Part shown: piece after piece, positions 59,314 through 64,000 of the stretch
Position numbering within the stretch: position 1 is the stretch's first letter
How the letters are laid out: each line of letters opens with the position of its first letter
From: the human T2T-CHM13v2.0 reference genome, Homo sapiens
Length of the DNA stretch: 64,000 nt
Assembly: GCF_009914755.1 (NCBI RefSeq)
Contig: NC_060925.1
Strand: one strand, 5' to 3'
The notes under the pieces: model-generated
The model's input: only the letters and a program-made list of their open reading frames with translations
Databases searched by the model: none
What the model was told of the DNA's origin: nothing
Translations under genes and position numbers: made by a program

Positions 59314-60316
59314 TTACTAGATTTTACAGAATTCCATGGAAATTTTTACATCCTCTAACCATGGCCTTAGCCACTGCCTACAAAAGTATCAGGCAAGACA
59401 GGCCTCACGTTAGATGAGATAGTATCCTGAGGACCAAAGAGAGACCACCTACAGAAAAAGTTAAATCTGGAGATAACAGGAAACAGTGAGGGACCCTACC
59501 TGGAGAAAGTGAATTAGGGAAACACCTTGGGGTAATTCTGGCGCAATAGTAGTGATAAAGCAGCAGACCATTCTTTACTGCTAAAGGGCCTTCCCTGACC
59601 TACAATCTCCTCTGCTCCACTTATTTGGTCACTCAGCTAAGTGACCAAATTTCTTCTGTTCAAAGAAGAAAGTCAGGGCAGACACTACCCCACAGCTGTG
59701 TTCTCAGCCCTCCCTTAGGGTTTCTGAGAACACTCTGGGGGAACTGTTTTCTTTTTTGACCAAAAGCCACCTGAGTGGTTGGAGAGGCATCTTGTCTCAA
59801 ATGTAGGACCTCCTCTAGGGAGGGGCTACGATATCTACGTTCCAAACAATTTTGGACGCTACCTCTTTTGAATGCACCAAAGAGGTAGCATCCGAGTGAT
59901 AAGACCTAATTATTTTTAGTAGCATCGCATTTCCATTCATGTAAATATTTTATTTTTCCTAATCATAATTGCTTTTCTCTTATGGATAGGGGCACGAAGA
60001 GGAATTAGGTATATTTCAGTTCCTTCTTTAATTAGTTTCAGGCCTATAATGTTCACCAGTTGGGAGAGAATATCCAGAAGGGCTGGCTGGCTGGCCAGCC
60101 TCTAACAGTGCTTGAAAAGGCAGGTAAATCCTGAGTCAGCAAATGGGAAAAGCAAGCACATTCAGTTTTTCAAAAAGGTCACGTTTCCAAGTAGTATTTG
60201 GCATGTAACATCAAGTACTGAATTGGTACTAGGCAGATGGATCTAAGCAATTGGTATTAGTAAGTTAACAGGTAAACAGAATAATATTTACCTTCATTTT
60301 AAAAGAAGGTATTTAA

Positions 60317-60550
60317 CCACATTTCTCACTTGTAAGTGGGAGGTAAACATTGGGCACACACATAAAGATGGGAACAACAGACACTGGAGACTCCCAAAAG
60401 TGGGGAGAGAGGGAGTAAGCGTTGAAAAAGTGCCGACTGGGTGCTATGTTCACTACTTGGGAGACAGGCTAAGCAGAAACCCAAGCTTTAGCATCACACA
60501 ATATATCCATGTAACAAACTTGCACACGTACCCCTTGAATTGAAAATTTA
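60317..60550 (+). mobile_element. Short L1PA/L1PB 3' fragment
   Basis: ttctcacttgtaagtgggag...gtaacaaacttgcacacgtacccc; TSD-like aaggtatttaa on both sides. Confidence 0.82.
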
Positions 60551-60676
60551 GAAAAAGGTATTTAAAAAATAAAGTCTCCATTTCCGCAATCCTCTTGAGC
60601 TATCAGTATAAAACAGCACTTTGACAAACTCACATTAAAGGCCAATAACCACCATGAATACAAGACTTAGTTCTCA

Positions 60677-60682
60677 TTTATT
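60677..60682 (-). terminator. RAB29 poly(A) signal AATAAA
   Basis: tttatt on plus; GU-rich downstream on minus (CATGGTGGTTATTGG). Confidence 0.75.
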
Positions 60683-60944
60683 TGTGATTTTGCAGGTGTT
60701 CAAACCAATGAATGAAAATCAATTATCTCTTCATATCAATGAAATTCACTATTTCACTATTATCTTCAGAATCATAGTGATCAAAACCCTACCTGAAAAT
60801 GGTAATACAAAAGAGAACTATTAATACAAGGTTTCAGAAGACTGTGCAAGTTAAAATAATTGGCATTAAAACGACACACAACAAACCACCGAAGGTTTGG
60901 TCCCTTTTCTCTCTGATATGTGGCCTCTGATCTCTTTCTTAGGG

Positions 60945-61592
<648 letters not shown>

Positions 61593-62033
61593 GACTTAGG
61601 ACACTTATTTAAGGTCTATCACAGAACTTCAGGCCTCAGAGTTTAGTAAGAATATCGATAACTTTGGGTAGGTTATAAATCACCATCCTAGAGATAATTT
61701 AACAAATTAAACGGTCTAGTAGTGATTTGATACTAAAAAGCCCTGCCCAATTTAGTACTTAAATTACCTAATGATTTTCTGTCTATCTACTTTCCTACCC
61801 CAGGCTAGGACCTGCACATAATATGTTTCCTATGACTAAGTGCCTACGTGTTCACAAAGTTGCCCCAGTGGAGGTTAACTTCTCTCTTTTCTTCTTCCAT
61901 TCAGATTCCCAAAGCTGTGAGGAGCAGACCTATTTCGAAGCATCACAGCCAGCTGATGTCACTTGCAGTATTATGCATTAAGACATCAACCCAGAAACCT
62001 GCAAATGGGAGACACTAGGCAATCCTATCATGA

Positions 62034-62439
<406 letters not shown>

Positions 62440-63011
62440 TAATTATGACGTTAGAAGTTTCAAAAATACAGTGACTTCTGGGACACTTCTAGTAGCCAAA
62501 AATCCACAGATGCCCAGACCCCTCCTTCTGCATTCCAGAATCAGATGTTTACATTCCAAGACAGAAAGAATCTGAAACAACGGCCTACAAGAAATTTGGG
62601 AAATGACATTTGATCTCATTTTCCTCTCAATTGGAAGTCATGATATCAATGAATATCAAATGGAAAAATAAGCTCAGAAGTAGGTGAGAATTATGATCTC
62701 TAAAACGCAGGTGCTGATTTCTAATCCTTCTCACAAAATTCCGGATCACAAATTGAGGGCTGATGAGAAGATCTTACACCGAAGGCACTAACTGGCACTA
62801 ATGTGAGCCAGCAACATGTGAAAGGCTAATCCAGGAGATGCAGAAATGCACATGGGTTCCAGGTGTCTTTTCTAAGTGACAATGGGCCTCCTTACTGGAC
62901 AGTAGTCAGGAGACAATTCAAATGTACTTAATAAAATGGTCAGGTGGGCAACCAAAGGGAAGAGACTTAAAAGACCTCCCAGAACTGGGATGGAAAATAA
63001 GCCAAACACTA

Positions 63012-63123
63012 CTAGCAGCAGGACCAGCTGGAGGACTTGGTTTGTAGATTGATGTAGTCCCCTTGGGTGGACAAAGACATGATATCTTCTGTGGAATTTC
63101 TCATCATCTTTTCAATGAGGACT
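63012..63123 (-). CDS. RAB29: RAB29 last coding exon (VLIEKMMRNSTEDIMSLSTQGDYINLQTKSSSWSCC*)
   Basis: ttttag|AGTCCTC...TGCTGCTAG; C-terminal CC prenylation motif; in frame with the previous exon. Confidence 0.95.
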
Positions 63124-63402
63124 CTAAAAGACAAAAAATAAGCCTGAGAAGCTTATTTTGGAGGAAAAGCAGAAATGGCAGATGTAGTCTGACTTATCAT
63201 CAGAGAGTATTTGGTAAAGCCAGAAGGTTTAAATGCCCCTTTGTCCCCAGTTATCTCAGGAAAGACAGTATCCCTGACCTTTAGGGGCTAGCATTCCAAT
63301 GGCTCAGTCTGTCATTGTTGGCTCAGAAATAAGAAAAGAGGGTCCACAGGGCCACAGTGGAAGATGGATACATCTGCATGCCTATCAGCATGAGCTACTT
63401 AC

Positions 63403-63524
63403 CTCATAGCCTCATTAATATTTTTGTTCTCCTTGACTGATGTTTCTGTCCAACCTGTGAAACCGTTCTCTTTACTGAACCGGTCAATCTGGTCCCGGCT
63501 CACTGCCCAAGGGGACAGATCACA
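63403..63524 (-). CDS. RAB29: RAB29 (RAB7L1) penultimate coding exon (CDLSPWAVSRDQIDRFSKENGFTGWTETSVKENKNINEAM-R)
   Basis: ttgctag|TGTGAT...ATGAG|gtaagt; 122 nt; completes the G4 (NK)CD motif and carries the G5 ETSVK motif of Rab GTPases. Confidence 0.95.
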
Positions 63525-63686
63525 CTAGCAAAGAGAAAAAATAAAAGGCAGTATCATAAACTTCCTGCAACTAAGAAAGAATATGGCTCAGATACTGTGG
63601 ATTTTAAACATATTTCCACCAATGGATAAGAACACCAGCATCGGAAATCTATAATCAACATTCTTCCCAAAGAAAGTCTCACCCTT

Positions 63687-63994
<308 letters not shown>

Positions 63995-64000
63995 TCACTC

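Overview
Alu-dense primate genomic DNA, very likely human (the NUCKS1-RAB29 region, known as the PARK16 locus on 1q32). The window holds the complete NUCKS1 gene on the minus strand. Its 7 coding exons (17+50+106+56+153+150+200 = 732 nt) splice through canonical GT-AG junctions into the 243-aa protein MSRPVRNRKVVDYSQF...EAPSGED. The gene has a CpG-island promoter near 41.8-43.1 kb and a ~5.4-kb 3'UTR with several poly(A) signals. At the right end are the last two coding exons and the 3'UTR of RAB29/RAB7L1 (minus strand, ending ...SSSWSCC). Most ORFs in the supplied track are Alu or L1 artefacts. The most notable unexplained structure is a ~95%-identical 166-bp inverted copy of the NUCKS1 upstream promoter module, lying 958 bp further upstream. 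Its outer 73 bp are identical, and all differences (including loss of the GC box and the YY1-like site) fall in the inner part. Other notable items: a sense-oriented SNORA72 retrocopy with TSDs in intron 1, a tailless U6 fragment with TSDs, a symmetric G-quadruplex in the 5'UTR, further short local duplications within NUCKS1 introns, and a hairpin cluster downstream of RAB29. Gene and repeat names come from recalled sequences, not database searches. Repeat boundaries are approximate.
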